A stretch of DNA of 64,000 nt, from positions 32,001-96,000 of the IMG/VR virus record IMGVR_UViG_3300028591_000094; one strand, given 5' to 3'. The notes beneath the pieces are model-generated. The model had not been told where the DNA came from. It worked only from the letters and a program-made list of their open reading frames with translations, and did no database searches. Numbering within the stretch: the stretch's first letter is position 1; the number at the start of each line of letters is the position of its first letter. Shown here one piece after another: positions 63,593-64,000 of the stretch. The DNA comes from a virus (lineage: Duplodnaviria; Caudoviricetes). Made by a program: the position numbers and the translations under genes.

Positions 63593-64000
63593 TTAATCAA
63601 AGCTTCTGCCCATGTGGGTGGTTACATATTGTATCGGCATTAGTTGCCGTGGCTGCGGTGTCTCGACAGGTGGTTCTGACTCTGGTGTTGATTCTACTTC
63701 TGGTTCAGGTTCTTTCAGTTCTGGCTCCTCCACTTCAGGCGTCAAGTCTGTCTCGTTATTCACCTCTGGTTCCTTTGCCTCTGGCTCAAGCATTTCGGGC
63801 GTTAAATCGTTGTTTTCTTCCTTATTTTTTTTATCTGTTGATTCTTCGCTATTTAGTTCAACATTATCACATTTTTCAACCTCATTTAACTCGTTGTTTT
63901 CACATTTTTCAACATGAGCGTTCTCGACTTCGTTTTTTACAGAAGCGGCTTCTTTCCCTTTACTTGTCTGTTTTTTTGTTCTGGGTTTCCATGCAGTTAT
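63593..64000 (-). CDS. E/P-rich low-complexity protein, 5' end outside the window
   Basis: Frame appears open to the window edge. Confidence 0.55.
   Translation of the reverse strand: MTAWKPRTKKQTSKGKEAASVKNEVENAHVEKCENNELNEVEKCDNVELNSEESTDKKNKEENNDLTPEMLEPEAKEPEVNNETDLTPEVEEPELKEPEPEVESTPESEPPVETPQPRQLMPIQYVTTHMGRSFD

Noticed and set aside
1-64000. Stop-codon reassignment (TAG to Gln as in Lak and some crAss phages)
   Set aside because: Long genes are intact in the standard code, several genes and the tmRNA tag end in TAG, and no CUA or UCA suppressor tRNA was found.

Overview
This window is part of a large (jumbo/mega) tailed-phage genome, most likely infecting Bacteroidota. Support: A-rich, SD-less translation starts; a Bacteroidota-like tmRNA tag; rrn-type boxA leaders; and host-like dnaK, dnaJ, infC and yqeY genes. 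It reads in the standard code and almost everything is on the - strand. The core is a translation and tRNA-maintenance island. It has two tRNA operons (about 5.9-7.4 kb and 18.9-29.9 kb, about 30 tRNA genes), a circularly permuted two-piece tmRNA, a group I intron in tRNA-Leu(UAA) and a tRNA-fMet split by an HNH gene. It also has at least seven tRNA-like RNAs with remodelled anticodon arms, many structured spacer RNAs, CCA-adding enzyme, Thg1, a Pth2-like hydrolase, YqeY, an RNA ligase, phosphoesterases and IF3. Also present: an amidase, a glycan-modification trio, a sigma factor, DnaK/DnaJ, putative virion-internal ART-fold and NUDIX proteins, one complete IS200/IS605 element and three tnpA-less TnpB elements. 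The most striking observation is a candidate ribosome-mediated attenuator directly upstream of the large tRNA array. Its 30-codon leader peptide samples 18 amino acids, matches 20 of the 24 anticodons in that array, and its stop codon overlaps an antiterminator arm. This suggests a sensor of global tRNA depletion. Other highlights: a free-standing, apparently catalytically altered copy of the group I intron scaffold; a covarying kissing-loop leader shared by two divergent TnpB genes; a four-copy ACAGCAA ncRNA family; and three promoter classes. All RNA structures were read by eye and all protein families were assigned from motifs, with no database searches.
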